Below, one piece after another: positions 1-14,307 of a stretch of DNA of 44,372 nt. The stretch lies in the NCBI GenBank assembly GCA_002245135.1, contig NGBS01001207.1, forward strand, positions 1-44,372, read 5' to 3'. The translations under genes and the position numbers were made by a program. The notes under the pieces are model-generated. The model was not told where the DNA came from and made no database searches. It saw only the letters and a program-made list of their open reading frames with translations. Numbering within the stretch: the first letter of the stretch is position 1; every line of letters begins with the position of its first letter. Source of the stretch: Proteromonas lacertae (Eukaryota).

Positions 1-381
1 AAGAATATTGAAAAGTTGATGGTGATAATAGAGAATAATTACATAAATTGATAAATTATTCGACGAAAATAAAATGAAAGATATTTTAAATGATTATTAT
101 GATTGCACAAGAATATTATTAAATCCAGTAACGTATTATTATTATTATTATTATTATTATATAGAAGAAGGAATAAGATTGAAATGTTGAAACAAGAAAA
201 AAGTGTAAAAAGAAAAGAAAGATATATGAAATACAAAAATGATGAAAATAGTTTGTTAGGGTTAAATGATAGTTATGACTCAAAAGAGTATATATTACTA
301 TATAATTTCCTTAGTGATGATGATTGTGATATATTCCCCAATATAAAGAGCATAGACCATCATTATCACCATAGTAATTAA
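1..381 (+). CDS. 3' end of an unidentified intron-containing host gene (partial)
   Basis: Coding-like sequence from the window edge, a probable short intron near 133-163 (gtattatt...atatag), and a stop at 379-381. No family recognised. Confidence 0.4.
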
Positions 382-486
382 TTAAACTGAAATTTACATA
401 TTATTATAACTATTTCTTTTGTTGGATTTGAATAGAGGCTCGAATTCTTATTCAAGCTTTTTTTTATAATTTCATTTTTTCTTCAT

Positions 487-2085
487 ATGATTAACAAAAT
501 CATAAAATTATATTCAAAACCATTTTTATATAGGATGATATCTTCAAAAAGCATCAAAATTGAATCTGAAAGTTTAAAATTATTGAAACAAGTATTAAAT
601 CATTGTTTACTTAAATTAGATAGAAGATCCAATCATTAAAAACAAAGATATTGTGACTTTGGGAAGAATTAAGAATTTGTCTCAAAAGAATACAAATATT
701 AGTTTTGATGTAGTATTTCCCACTAAAGCTTATCCTAATCAGAATCAATTAGTAGACTTAATTAAAATCTAAATTAGCTCCTATTTCAAAACAATACAAA
801 ATTGATATAAAATCCTTCAATTACATATGCAAAACCATTTTACTGTGCTAATACATCAAAAAGTACCAGGTTTAGCCAAATGTAAAAACATATTATTGGA
901 GTTAGTAGTTGTAAAGGAGGAGTAGGAAAGTCAACTGTTTCTGTTAATTTGGCATATTCGTATTATTAGAATAATCATAATTATTCGTTAATAGATTAGC
1001 CAAATTAGGTGGAAGAGTAGGATTACTAGATTCAGATATATATGGACCAAGTTTACCATCAATGATTAATCCAACAAATACAAAAAGTATAATAATTATT
1101 ATAATATAGAATAGTAAAATCTGATGGTGAATTTTTATTATCCATTAGAATATGAAGGTGTTAAGAATATGTCTTATGGATTTATTAATAACAATAAAGA
1201 AGAAGCTGCTTCAATAAGAGGACCAATTATCAGTGGATATCTAATGAAAGTATAAATAATAATTAATATATAATATGAATAGTTGTTAGGTTATACAAAA
1301 TGGGGTGATTTAGATTATTTGATAATCGATCTTCCTCCTGGTACTGGTGATATACAAATTACACTTTGTCAACAAAACATCATTATCTGGTTCGGTGATT
1401 GTTACAACTCCTCAATAAATTAAGTCTTATTGATGTTCGTAAAGGCATTAACCTATTTGCTAAATTGAAAGTTCCTTCTTTATGTATTGTTGAAAATATG
1501 GCTTATTTTAAACCTAAAGATGAAGTATATTACCCTTTTGGTAAAGGCAATACAGAGAAATTATTAGATGAATATGGAATAAAAGAATTATTCAAGTTTC
1601 CATTAGATTCTACTTTATCAGAATCATGTAATTATTCTATTCCATATATATTGAAATATCCACACAATGAAATAACAGATAAATATTTTTCTTTAGCAAA
1701 ACATGTATAATATTATATATCATTTTCTATATAGATTGTTAAACAATTAATAATAAATGATTCTCATCCAATTGTTCATCCAAATTTGAATTATAATCCT
1801 AAAACTGGTTTGCATTTGAGAATAGTTTCCAATGAATCAGCTAAAGATTATGTATTAAACTGCAAAGATATTCGATTATCATGTAAATGTGCTGAATGTA
1901 TTGATGAAATGACAAATGAGATAAAAATCAATGGAAATAATGTTTCAGATGATGTATATCCAGTGAATATTACAAGTAAAGGTAATTATGCAGTTCATAT
2001 TGATTGGAGCGATGGTCATAAAGGCTCAATTTATACATTTTCATATTTAGAGAAATTAGCAGAATTATCAACACAGAAGGAATAA
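487..2085 (+). CDS. HCF101: HCF101-type Mrp/NBP35 P-loop Fe-S cluster scaffold (DUF59-like N-term, ParA-like ATPase, DUF971/GBBH-like C-term); multi-exon, apparent frameshifts
   Basis: Manual translation across introns gives [49 protein letters not shown] and C-terminal CKCAEC...[14 protein letters not shown]-terminus [20 protein letters not shown] looks like a targeting presequence. Several single-base frameshifts, mostly at homopolymers. Confidence 0.85.
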
Positions 2086-2294
2086 TTAATGATGTTTATA
2101 ACATTAATATTTTTATATTTTGTTTAAGAGTAGTTTTGTATTAAATTCATATAAACATCCTTATATATTGTAAATTGTTGCAATTTTACAATAAAATTGC
2201 TTATATATTATCATAATATTAACATGCTAATAGTATTTAAAATATTTACAATAACTTGTAAAGTAATTGAACTAATTGTTTATTAAAAGGTTTA

Positions 2295-5200
2295 CTATCT
2301 GTTTAACATAGGTCCCAAACCATAATTAATCACTATTCTCAAATTTCTTTCCAACAAATCATAATTTGAATAATCTGGTAAATTAATTCGAAAGAAACAC
2401 GTACTTGCTGATGGTAGTCTATTTGTTAAGTCATATTTACATATTTTAAAATTTGCTATTCCAATTTTCTCCTTTCAAAGGCAATCTACTTCTTCCCCAA
2501 ACAAATCTTATGAATTTTCTTCTTTCTTCATGACTAAAACTCTCCATTACTTTCCAAAAATCAATTATTGTTTGACTATTACTATCATATCCACTGTAAA
2601 TAGTATTTTCTTTCAAATATTCAATATCTATTTCTGCTTTTCCACACACAAATTCTTCTATATCATCTCCATTAAAAAAGAAGAAATATGATTGTGGATT
2701 AACACTATACAATCCTTTTAATATTGATTTTATTTGAATATCACATCGATGAATAAAATAATTGGTTATTAATTCACAATGTTTATCTTTATTCTCCATA
2801 TTCAATTCTTCTTCAATTCCTTCATTTAGATTGATTATCTCACCATTTTCATCACTTATCACAAATGCTGGTTGTTTAGGTAATTCTTCTTCATTTTTAG
2901 CATTTCTTATCTCTTCTAAATTATTATACAAATATTGATCTAAATCATAAATATCTTCATATCTTAATTCATTTCCATTAAAAACATTCCAAAAACATTT
3001 GGGAAACATAAATGGTAAAGAGGCATTTGATAATATTGAATATCCCATTATTCTACCAACAAATTCATACATTTTCAAATGTTCTATCTCTTTACAATTT
3101 GGATTGGGAATAAAGCAATCAGTATCAATACCATATTTATGTTTATTATTACTTGTTGGAATAAACAAATCAAAATGTTCACTGAATAAATCTTCAATCA
3201 TTTCTTCTAAACATTCTCTATATGGTCCACCTGCATCTTCTGCTGATTCATTAATAAAATGAACTTCGAATACTTGATATCCATCACATCTTGCAAACCA
3301 TAGTTTCTTTCCATATACATATAATTGGTTGTATAATTGCTTAAAAACACAATTTGATTGTAATAAGTTTGTTATTTCTTTTTCTTTTTCATTATTTGCT
3401 TTAAATCTATCAATTTCTACATATATTCGACTATTTCTATATCTATTTCTTAATTCATTCTTTATTTTATTGGAATATAACTTCTTTTGTTTCTTTGATA
3501 TAAATATCTTATTCTCTTTAATCAAATATGCAAAACTTCCTTTTACATTTAATTGAGACAAATCAACATATTTTAATACCTCAATCATATTCTTTCCTAT
3601 TATATCAACTGATTTATGTAATTCTTCAAATATATTCCATGCTGGAATATTATCCATCCCATCTTCATTTATGTATTGATTATATATCGCTCTTTTTGGA
3701 ATAGAATCTATTTCATTAATTCTGTTTATAACATTCATTATATTTGTTACTTCTTGATAATTATGATTATATGTCTCAATTTCTTCTTTTATTTCTTTTT
3801 CACCATTATCTTTTATTACTTTTAAATATCTTATAGAATCATTTATTGGTATAACTGTTATAGATAACTTGTACTTTGATGATTTTGACTTTAATAATTT
3901 CATTTCTATACTTATTCTGGTGGTATTATTTATTTCAACAACTAAATCATCATCAAATTTACCTGAAAATTGCTTAGTATCATTGTTATATATTATATTT
4001 ATATTTTCTTTTCCAACATTTGTATCTTTGTGTATAATCACTTTAAAGTTATTATACCAATTACATTCATATTCATATTTCATATATCTGTTTTTACGTG
4101 GATATGAAGATGCTTCATATGTTTTTGTATAATCATTTATTGAATTTGAATAATTAAATAAAGGAATATATTGATTGATAGACATTTCATATAACAATGA
4201 ATAAACTGATGATATTTTCTCTATTGATATTTCATCACTTTCTAATACATCAATATTTATTGGATTTGAATGATATTTTGACATACAATATAATTCTATC
4301 AGGAATAAATCTGTATTGATTTGTTTATTACTGTTTTTAACGTTATTAAATGATTGTAATGCTAAATCATCTATTTCTTTTGATTTTGTAAGTCCATCAA
4401 CAATTCCATCATCTTTACATAAAATCATCAATAAATTCATTATTTTTGTTTTGTTTATAGATTCAATAGACTGTTTCATCACAATATCTAATATTTGCTG
4501 CTTTAATTCTTTATTTATATTTGATTTAAGCAACAAAATACTTAATAACCATAATGACCATTCCAAATTTGGATAGGATATAATGTTCTTTTCTAATAAT
4601 TCTTCATAATCTAATCCAATTACAAACATTCTATATCCCCAACTTATATCATCACTTTGATATGAAAATTTGTAGAATAAAGTGTTGGAATTTACTACAA
4701 AAGATTTAAGACTATTATTCTCATCAAATCGTTTAAAAGTATTTTTACATCTTTCATCAAAACAAAAATTCAACTTTCCATTTCCAATATCACTCTTTTC
4801 ATCAAATATTATCACCATTGATTCACAATTTGGAAGATATACTTTTCCTGTATAATTAGAACCACTATAAAGTGGATGTAATGATTCTATCACTTTATAA
4901 TTAGTAATTGATGATGTAACTGAAGAATGATTTAAATGCCATAGTATTTCTTTTACTGAAAGTGATATAATTGATGATAAAGGATACTGAATATCTTCAC
5001 ATTGAGATATTTCATTTCCTATTCTAATTTGATTATTAATTCTATCATTCTTTAACATGCCAACATACATCTTTGTCATTATTTCAAATGAATCATCATA
5101 TTTTGAATTTTCTATTACATTTGATAATATCTTTGTATTTAAAGAATTTCCACTACTTAATCTTTTATATAATTGAAGAAATAAATATGGATCTTCAATT

Positions 5201-8200
5201 GAATAAACATTTGGATTATTAACCATCAGTTTCATTATCATATCTCTATTTGTATTTATGATTAATGTATTTGTTATTTCATTTATATAATTCAATGAAT
5301 CATTTGTATTACATATCTTATAACCATATTTATCATCTATAAAGTAAACTTGTTTTGTCAATAAATCATCTTTAATACTGATTATTTTATATTCATTCTT
5401 ATACATTGTAAGAAAGTGATTCTCTTTATTCTGCTTATATAAAAATATTGCTATTTCTTTGGTTGGATTATTCAAATATGGCTGATTAGCTAAATATACT
5501 ATTTGACCAATTTTTAATGGAATTTTACTGTCATATTTTGATAAAATACAATTATTAGAAGTTTTATTATTTAAAACATTAGAAATATTCCCTTCACATA
5601 TTTTATAATAATCCATCTGTTGCTTAATTAATAAATCTCTTGCTAATTCACCTTTAAACATCTCTTTTGAATAGTGTTTATATTTCTCTTTATTTTCTAA
5701 TAACCAATTTGCAGCTTCATCTGGATCTTTAAATAATTCCATAGCTTTTTTAGCTAATTCTATTGAACAACCTATTTGTTCAGACAATATTAATTCATTT
5801 TGACAATACGTAGTTGATTTAACAAATAAATAATTCATGGAATAAAACATATTGGAATTGAATGTTAATATATGAGATAGTTGAAGTGTTGATAATGATG
5901 ATGGAATGTTTGATATTGACAATGAGATATTCAGTATTGATTTTATTATATTTTGTAATAAAACAGTTGGAATTGATTCATAATGATTATTAACTTCATA
6001 TTTCAAATAATTGAATAACAATAATGAGATTGCTTCTATTTGAACAGAAAGAGATTTATTCAGATTAATATCATTTATATCATATACTACTTTTATTAAA
6101 TCACATAATAGTGATGAATATGGAGTTTCATTTAATGGAATTGATGGAATATTCATTGATATAATTGAATCATAATCAACTTCATATATCTCTTTTGATG
6201 ATTCTATTTTAACTTTCAACTTTGAATAACATTCTTCCATTTCTATTACTCTACATTTTAATATAATTCCTTTCATATTCACTTCAACGATAGAATCTTT
6301 AGAGATTGTTGATTGAATTCCACCATGAATTGATAATATTCCTACACTTATATAAATATCATCATTCATTCTAAAAGAATCAATAGATTTTAATGATTCA
6401 ATCAGTTTCTCTACATATATATGAGATTCATTGAATAGTAATGTGAATAATGATTTATTATTTATCACATTTCTTAAAAATTGGAGTAAATTTGTTTTTT
6501 TCCACATCAAGTTTCTTCCATTATAGTTATTATAAGAATTTACACAATTATCATGAGATGGGAATATCATTCCTACTTTTGTATGAGGTAATTGACATTG
6601 CTTACATATATTTGATCCAATTTCATTATCACATTCACATGCGATACATTTCCATGTTGAAGTAGATTTGATATTATCATAATAATCATTTGTTTTAAAT
6701 GTCATATTATCATCATATAATATTATTCGTCCTAATTCTAATAATAATATCATCATGAAATCTAAAATTCTCTTTAAAAATGATGAATCAGTTGTTGATA
6801 TTTCTAATAGATTGCTTTTGATACATTTTAATATTAATATTTGATTTGGTATTGTTGCATTTTGATATAAATCTATCATCATCAACAAAACATTTTGGTT
6901 TTTAATCCATTCTTTTAATATTGTTGAATCACTAATTCTGTATAATTGTGATAATATAAGAGATAATTTTCTACTAATTATTGATTCATCTTCATTTAAC
7001 AGATCTAAATCAACATTTATTCCTTTTTCTTTATCATTTGATTGAATAAGTGAGATTAACATATCTCTTTCTTTATCATATGATAATTGGATTTGATTTT
7101 GGTTATATTGTTTAATATTATCCAATTTTCTTTCTAAATATGTAAATAATGATGATGAATGCGGATTTGATGATTGTATTGAAATATTTGTTGATGGTAT
7201 AACGATTGGTTGATATGAAGGAATTTCTTCTTTTGAATTTTTCTTAAACAATTCTTCAAATTTATCTTCATATTTCTTTTCATATAATCTTTTCTTTATT
7301 CCACCTTCTTTTGTAATAGATGATGTAATAAACAAAACAATATTATTACATAAATCATCTATTGAACAAGTTGCTAAAATAGCATCATGAAAACTTCTGT
7401 GAAAAGATGTTGTTGTTATACCACTATCAATATTTAATCTATGTAATTCATTACCATCTTCAATTTCCATTTTATTGTTTTCTACATTCTCCTTATTCTT
7501 TTCTTTTAAAGCATGACTAACTAGATATCTAATATTCTCCTCACTTATATATTTAACATATAAATGTAAATCTAAACCAGGTTCAATACCATATTTTCTC
7601 CAAAATGAATCACTTAAATTCATTGACAATAATTCTAATAATAATTCGGATTTATTGAAATATCCATTTGATATTGCATCATAAACAGATTGATGATAAT
7701 CTTCTATACTTTTTTCTTCTATTCATTATAAACAATTAATATATTATACTTTTAATCTCATTTATATCTTTAAGATGATAAATCTTGTTAAATCTAATGA
7801 TATGATTGAATAAATCCATTATTTGCGATTCTTCTAATATCCAAGAATCACATTCTGTATAATCCAAATATAACTCTTTTACATATAATAAATCATTATA
7901 ATACTATATGAAAATAAAATAATGAATGAAATATACTTGTTTATCAAAACAAACAATCATTGAATTCTTAAACGAAATTAAAAATCTGAGAAATTCATTT
8001 GATAATTCATAATATGATTTGGATTTACATCCATATACATCTTTTGAATAATGATGATAGCAGTTGATTTCCTCTTCTATTGATAATTCTTTATTTTTAT
8101 ATTTTCCACATAAACTACATAAAAATCCATTCAATATCAACGAATTTGAACCATCATTATTCAATAGTAAACTATACATTCTCAAACCAGATATTCTCAA

Positions 8201-11200
8201 TTTAGTTCTTATTTCTCTTCTTTCTAATAGTCTAATCATCATTTCATTACTTATTGAATTTCCATTACAAATATAAGATAAAGCAACTTTCACTTTTGAT
8301 TCTACATCATTCTTTTTATCACTTGAATTATGTAATTCACATTGTTGTATTAAAATACATCTTTCTTCTAATCTTTTCAAATAATCATTCAATGTATTTG
8401 GTAATGTAAAATCAACATTTCTTCTTTCATTTTCATTTTCACTTTGATTCTCTCTTTCATTTGTTTCTTCTTCTATTCTGTTATAAAATTGTTTCATTTC
8501 TCTTAAATGATGTATTACTCTACATAAAGTTATTATTATTGGCTTTATTGTTTCATAATCAAATTCACTTTCTTCATTTTCATTAAATATTATAAACATC
8601 TTAAATATATCTAATGATTTTCCATAAATATATGATAAACTACATAAACATTGAATTATTGGATTAAACATTTCTTTATTATTCATTATCAACTGTGGAC
8701 CAATTATTCCATTAAGTTTTGTTATTATTTTAACAATGAATCTCATTGATTTATCTGTTGATTTGGATAATGAAGTGTATAATTGATTTGTCAAAGAATC
8801 ACTTTTTGGTTTGTTTATTGTTTGAATGAAATTATCATCAGATATTCTCTTATCAATTGGTAATTTTGATATATATTTGTTATTATCAAATGATTCTAAT
8901 AGAAACTGTAATATTGGAGGATTTGTAATTGATTGTAATGATTCAAAGGAGAATTGTTTATCTGTATTTGTTAATCCTTTCATTTCCATTTTCTCTAATG
9001 GTTTTACATGAATCAATTCATTGAATTCATCATATTCATATTTTGATATGTAATTGTTTATGAATAATAATATCATATTTGAGTATCTAATGTAGGTTAT
9101 TGAAGAAACTAATGGATGAAAAGTCAATTCTGGAACTATTCAATTATAGTAATAAACAATATACAACTTATTCCATTATTCTCTATTTCATGAGGAATTA
9201 ATCCAATCACATCATAATTCATATTAAATGGAGTTTCTATTTCATAATCTTTCATTAATCCATTACAAAATAATGGGGAATTTAACCAATATGACAACTT
9301 TTCTTCTTCATATGACATTGTAAGTGATTTTGTTAATTGAGAAGCACAATAACCACAAACATATGAAATATAATCATATAAACATTCATTTTGGATATTT
9401 CGATTATTATTCATTATTTCATAAATATCATTTCTTAAACCAATCAAATCGGATGAAATAGCTGAGATAAATGGAAATATTAATTCATCTGATTGAACTT
9501 TGGTTATAATAAACAAAATTAAGAATAAATTCAATGGTAATGTTTGAAACACAAATGAATATTCTTTATCAAGACACTTTGATGAATTTGCATTATTCAA
9601 ATAATGTCTTACACTGATTAATAATGAATCTATCATTCTATAATCAAATATAATAACAATATTTATACTCAATAATATAATGAAGTTTCTCTTTAAGATT
9701 ACTATTATCAATTGTTTTAATTTCTTTCATAAACTGAAATACAGTTGATTCTAAAATGAATTGTAGAATTGTTTCACCTAAACAATTTTCATGATGACTT
9801 TTAATTGAAGAGGAGAGTATTTTTAAAGTTTCAAAATGGAACATTTTGATTTTTGGATTGAAAACATCACTTTCAAGTTTACACATCTCTTTTGGATTGG
9901 CTAATAATGGTTTAAATATTTCAACAATTTGATTTGATAAATAATTATCATATTTACTTGCATTTATCAATATTTCTAGTTTTGAACCAGGAGGTGAATC
10001 TTTGAGTATGTTTATACTATAATTCTTCATAATTTCTGATAATTTTATATTCTTCAATAAATCTCTTATCTTCTCATTGTTTTCTTTATCATTAATCCAA
10101 TCATTGTATTTCGTTATGGTTGTACAGATTGTAATAACAAAAGATTCTAATACATCTGAATAATTACAACCACTATTTGATAAATCATATGAATAAAGAT
10201 AATTCATTTCTTTATTCAATAAATCAAATAACAAAACAATCATCTCTATATTATCAATTGTTGTTATTGGATTTGACATTAGTAGTTGAATGTAATTTAA
10301 CAATACTGACAGATAATGAGGATGAAGATCTAAAACATGCCAATCACCCAATTCAAGTTTGTTAATTATTCTAAGAAATTCTAATGGATAGTTAGAATAG
10401 TATAATTTCTCTTCTTCTTCATATGAAACTATCTTTGCATCTTTAATTGAAAGTTTTATTTGAATGAATACATCAATCAATTTACATTTATTCTCTTCAT
10501 TCATTTTGATTCTGTCTATATTCATTAGAAATTGAAATAAATAATCTATTGCTCCTGTTTTTAATACCAAATCTAAGATTGCAGAAACTGTTTCATTATA
10601 ACAATCTATCTCATTTGAGTTTAAAATATGGTTGAATAGTTTATCAAATATATTTCTAATTGAAACATCATATCTACTATTTGATGAATGTTTTGTTAAA
10701 TAAAATGTATCTATTGATATTTTCTCACTCTTTCCATTGAATAAAGTAACTTCCAATTCAAATAGATTATTGAATGGAATTCTATCTTTTTTAAATACAA
10801 CACATAGTTTTTTACCTTTTACATCTTTTTTATTCAATTCATAATCTATTTCGATTGGTGGGATAATCATTGGATTTCCATATTTGAAAATGAATTTTAT
10901 TCTAAACGTAAATAAACAAAAGAATAATACTTTTGTGGCATTCTTTCATCATCAAATATTAATTTTGCACTTTTAATTGGATCAAAAAAATGATTTTGTT
11001 TATTATAATAGAAATGATATATTTTATCTTTGCCAATAAATTCACCTATATTAATGAAGTGATTAATAAAAATACCATTCGCTTTCATAAAGTTACAAAA
11101 CTCTTTATAAAAACAAAGGCTATACAATTTTGATCTGTTAAATGAGTAATATTATTAATTTATACAATTCATAATCATTATTATATGCTTTTAACATCAG

Positions 11201-11560
11201 TTGAATTTCTCTTAATACAACCGAATTTATGATTGATATATTCTTTTCTATTTCATTGATAATCTGATATTTATCATCTTTTTCTTTAGTATCAATCATT
11301 TTATAATCATTAGTAGATCTTGCCTATATAAATAACAAATAATAACATACTACTTTGACATAATTATCATTTTCTTCAATCAACAAAAATAGTAAGTCAT
11401 TTATTCTCATTTCTACATCTTTACTTCTTTTGGCTGTACATTCAACATAGCCATTATATATCTGCTTGTCATACCACTTCTTACAGAAATCATCTTCTTC
11501 TTTCAGCTTTTTGGTAAATACACTGTTAGTTTTCTATAATATAATCATAAATAACATACA
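2295..11560 (-). CDS. Giant HECT-domain E3 ubiquitin ligase with RanBP2-type Zn finger and UBA domain (multi-exon; 5' end approximate)
   Basis: ORF 2446-7629 has HECT motifs (ESAEDAGGPYRE, FVGRIMG, FIRFVWGRSRLP), WKCIACECDN..CKQC and a UBA-like KKAMELFKDPDEAANWLLEN. Removing one base in a homopolymer near 2446 extends it to LPSASTCFF (catalytic Cys) and a stop at 2295-2297. Co-oriented ORFs 7904-9127, 9136-9711, 9644-10870 and 10897-11127 look like upstream exons. Confidence 0.85.
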
Positions 11561-12615
11561 TAAGGAGTTTTTATATTGATCTTGTATAAATTGTCAAGCA
11601 ATAGTGAAAATTCTACTTTTTCTTTAATTGTAGTCATTCTTTATCTATAAAAGAAGATAATGAGGTAATGAGCATGAAAGTGAGAGATATATTGTGTAAA
11701 ATGATAGATATATATATACCAACTGCAAATAATGCAAATTTAACTGCTCTTAAATGTTCACTAGAGAAGAAAACAAAGAAATGCAAAAAAGAAAAAACTT
11801 TCAATTTTCTTTTTTACAATAAATTTTTGGCTCTCTTATAACACATTACCTCCATAATAGAAAACAACCGATAAACATGTGCAAACTCATCATGAATTGT
11901 TGCTAATGAAAAGCACTTTGTTTCAGAGAGTAATATCTAATTCTATAAATGCTATATCAGAATACGATATTTTATTAGCATTACTAAATTAATGTGGTAG
12001 TATTCATATGCAGAACATAATTCAAACTACTAGAACATTTATGAATAAATTAACACATCTGAGAAGGTTGTCTAGAAATAATAATGATTAATCTATATAC
12101 ATATTATTTCTTTCAATTATACTATAAAACACAGTGCTCAACTCCTAATTAACTGAATTTAATGAACATTTATGCTATACAGTACTTTCCATCACACATA
12201 AACGCATCAATTAATTTTAGACCAAATCTTATTCTTGTATATCATTTAATTAATAGATTTTCAAATATCAGAAAACCGAAAACCGAATCTTTAATGATTT
12301 TTTTTAATCTTTGTTTTTAGTGGTTAATTACACTTTAAAGCAATTAATTAATATATGTATAACCGTAAGAATATCACTGTAGGTGGGTAAACCGTACCAG
12401 ACTATTCTTAGGTGCCTTCTACAGGTAAGAATAAGCGATTTGAGTGTAAATTAGTTTTTGGTACGGGTTATAGTGGAGGAAGCGGTGAGTTTAAATTTCT
12501 TTATATATTTTAGTGTATGAGTAATTTTATGGGTTAAAATTTTTTCTTTTGCTTTTTGTATATAATTTCATTTAACTTTTTCTTATTGTTTTTTATCAAT
12601 CATAATTTCAAAAGA

Positions 12616-12969
12616 ATGTCAAGAATTTGGATCGAGAATGTTAATATAGAAGATAGAAATAAGCGTGAAGATGAAGACTTTGAAAGAATCTATGCAATCA
12701 TTGAAAGTGAAGTAGCTAGAATAGTAGCTCAACCACCACCACCATCACCTCCAGTAGTAATGTGGTATACATCTGATACTGCTGATGAGGATGATAGAAA
12801 GTATGAAGAATGGCGTGCAATTCATAAACCAACTAGAGTAGCACAAGCAACCATACGCCCTAGAAAATGGGTTGATCCTGAAGAAGAACGCAGAAAAACC
12901 AAGATGTTAAAGCGTTATGGCATTGATGAAAAAAACATCATTGAAGAAAGACTAAGATTTCATAACTAA
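12616..12969 (+). CDS. Hypothetical protein of the Polinton-like element (Pro-rich centre, charged)
   Basis: Intronless ORF; first ATG at 12616 (MSRIWIENV...) within ORF 12556-12969. Confidence 0.6.
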   Translation: MSRIWIENVNIEDRNKREDEDFERIYAIIESEVARIVAQPPPPSPPVVMWYTSDTADEDDRKYEEWRAIHKPTRVAQATIRPRKWVDPEEERRKTKMLKRYGIDEKNIIEERLRFHN

Positions 12970-13096
12970 TTCTTAAATCATTGGTTTTAATTGAATTTTG
13001 TTTTTTGATTGGTTGAATAGAAATAAACATAATATTACATAATTCTTTTCATTCGTAAATTTCTTGCGATTTTTGAAATAATCTACATAAATTAAA

Positions 13097-13678
13097 ATGA
13101 GTGATTTACAAAATGAACTTGATGCTAGTATTGAAAAACACTTACAAGAAGGTGAAATGTATGAGAATGATATGTCTGAAGTAAAATCATTAATTATTAA
13201 AGTATTTAAGGATATGCTGGATGGTATGTATTCTGTGATTGAAGAGTATGAAGATGATCCAGAATGGAGTGAACAACCAGGTGATGATATTGATATAACA
13301 ATGGAAGAAGAAGTGAAGGAAGAAAACCAAAGTGAATCTAAATCTAAAAAAAGAAAGGATATAACAAAGTCAGATCCAGATTCACAGATATGTAGTACTT
13401 GTGGTAAGAAGAAAGCTAATGATGAATTTGGTTATAAGAGTGAAGATGTATTCTATAAATCTTGTACAGAGTGTAGAAATAAGAAGAAGAGAAGATATGA
13501 AGAAGTAAAGAAAGGAAGTGATAATAGTGGAGAAGATAAGAAGCGTAAAGTAGAGAATAGTTCCACTGCCGAGGGTCGACCAAAGGTAGATATTGCTAAA
13601 GTAGAAACATCTACAAGTTCTATCCCGGGGGTAGCTACAGTAGATCTAACTACATCACCTACTTGTATAATTAATTAA
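13097..13678 (+). CDS. Acidic protein with C4 zinc ribbon (CSTC...YKSCTECR) and basic NLS-like tracts
   Basis: 193-aa intronless ORF with two CxxC pairs, plus KKRK and KKKRR tracts. Confidence 0.7.
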   Translation: MSDLQNELDASIEKHLQEGEMYENDMSEVKSLIIKVFKDMLDGMYSVIEEYEDDPEWSEQPGDDIDITMEEEVKEENQSESKSKKRKDITKSDPDSQICSTCGKKKANDEFGYKSEDVFYKSCTECRNKKKRRYEEVKKGSDNSGEDKKRKVENSSTAEGRPKVDIAKVETSTSSIPGVATVDLTTSPTCIIN

Positions 13679-13741
13679 CTTTGGTTTAAAATTCATTTTT
13701 ATATTTCTATGCGTTTTTATATATAAACAATTTCACATAAT

Positions 13742-14125
13742 ATGTCATATAATACATCTTTAGTTATGCTAGGTGATATGAAAGATACTTTAAATGGTTT
13801 GAAACAAGAACTGTATATTTTATTAGGCTGTGTAGTTCTATGGGTTCTTTATAAATGCAAGAGAATATGTGCATGGTGTTATCATAAAGCCTGTCCTCCA
13901 GAATTAAGTGAAATATTAGCTGAGCCAGAACCTGCTGTTCAATTAGCTTTAGGTAAATCTACTATTGTTTCTGCTATTCCATTTACTTTAACACCTGAAA
14001 ATAGCAGAATAAATTCTAGAAATGCTAGTGATAATGAAGATGAAGAGCAATTAGAAACAGAAATAGAAATTATTCCTATTAATAAACCAGAGATTGAAAT
14101 TAAAAAACCAATCATAAATATTTAA
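13742..14125 (+). CDS. Hypothetical single-pass membrane protein
   Basis: 127-aa ORF with hydrophobic LYILLGCVVLWVLY followed by a basic/Cys-rich segment. Confidence 0.6.
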   Translation: MSYNTSLVMLGDMKDTLNGLKQELYILLGCVVLWVLYKCKRICAWCYHKACPPELSEILAEPEPAVQLALGKSTIVSAIPFTLTPENSRINSRNASDNEDEEQLETEIEIIPINKPEIEIKKPIINI

Positions 14126-14307
14126 TTTTATATATAGCCTTTTTTTCGTATTTGATTTTGAAAGTTATTTTTTGTACCCCCTTAAAAAAATTACATAAAG
14201 AAAAACCGTTTTTTTTCATTCACACTTTTCTTACTCATTTTCAGTATTATATTTTTTTCATTTTTTTACTTTAATAGAAAATTAATTATTCAATTATTCA
14301 ATCAAAA

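Noticed and set aside
2999..10365. Short plus-strand ORFs inside the HECT gene (2999-3262, 3329-3556, 3869-4132, 4316-4576, 6450-6665, 8064-8276, 8826-9011, 10177-10365)
   Set aside because: Antisense shadows of a long coding region; S/F/I/L-rich with no motifs.
11860..12250. Possible degenerate coding sequence between the HECT gene and the Polinton-like element
   Set aside because: Stops in the frames examined and no recognisable motif.
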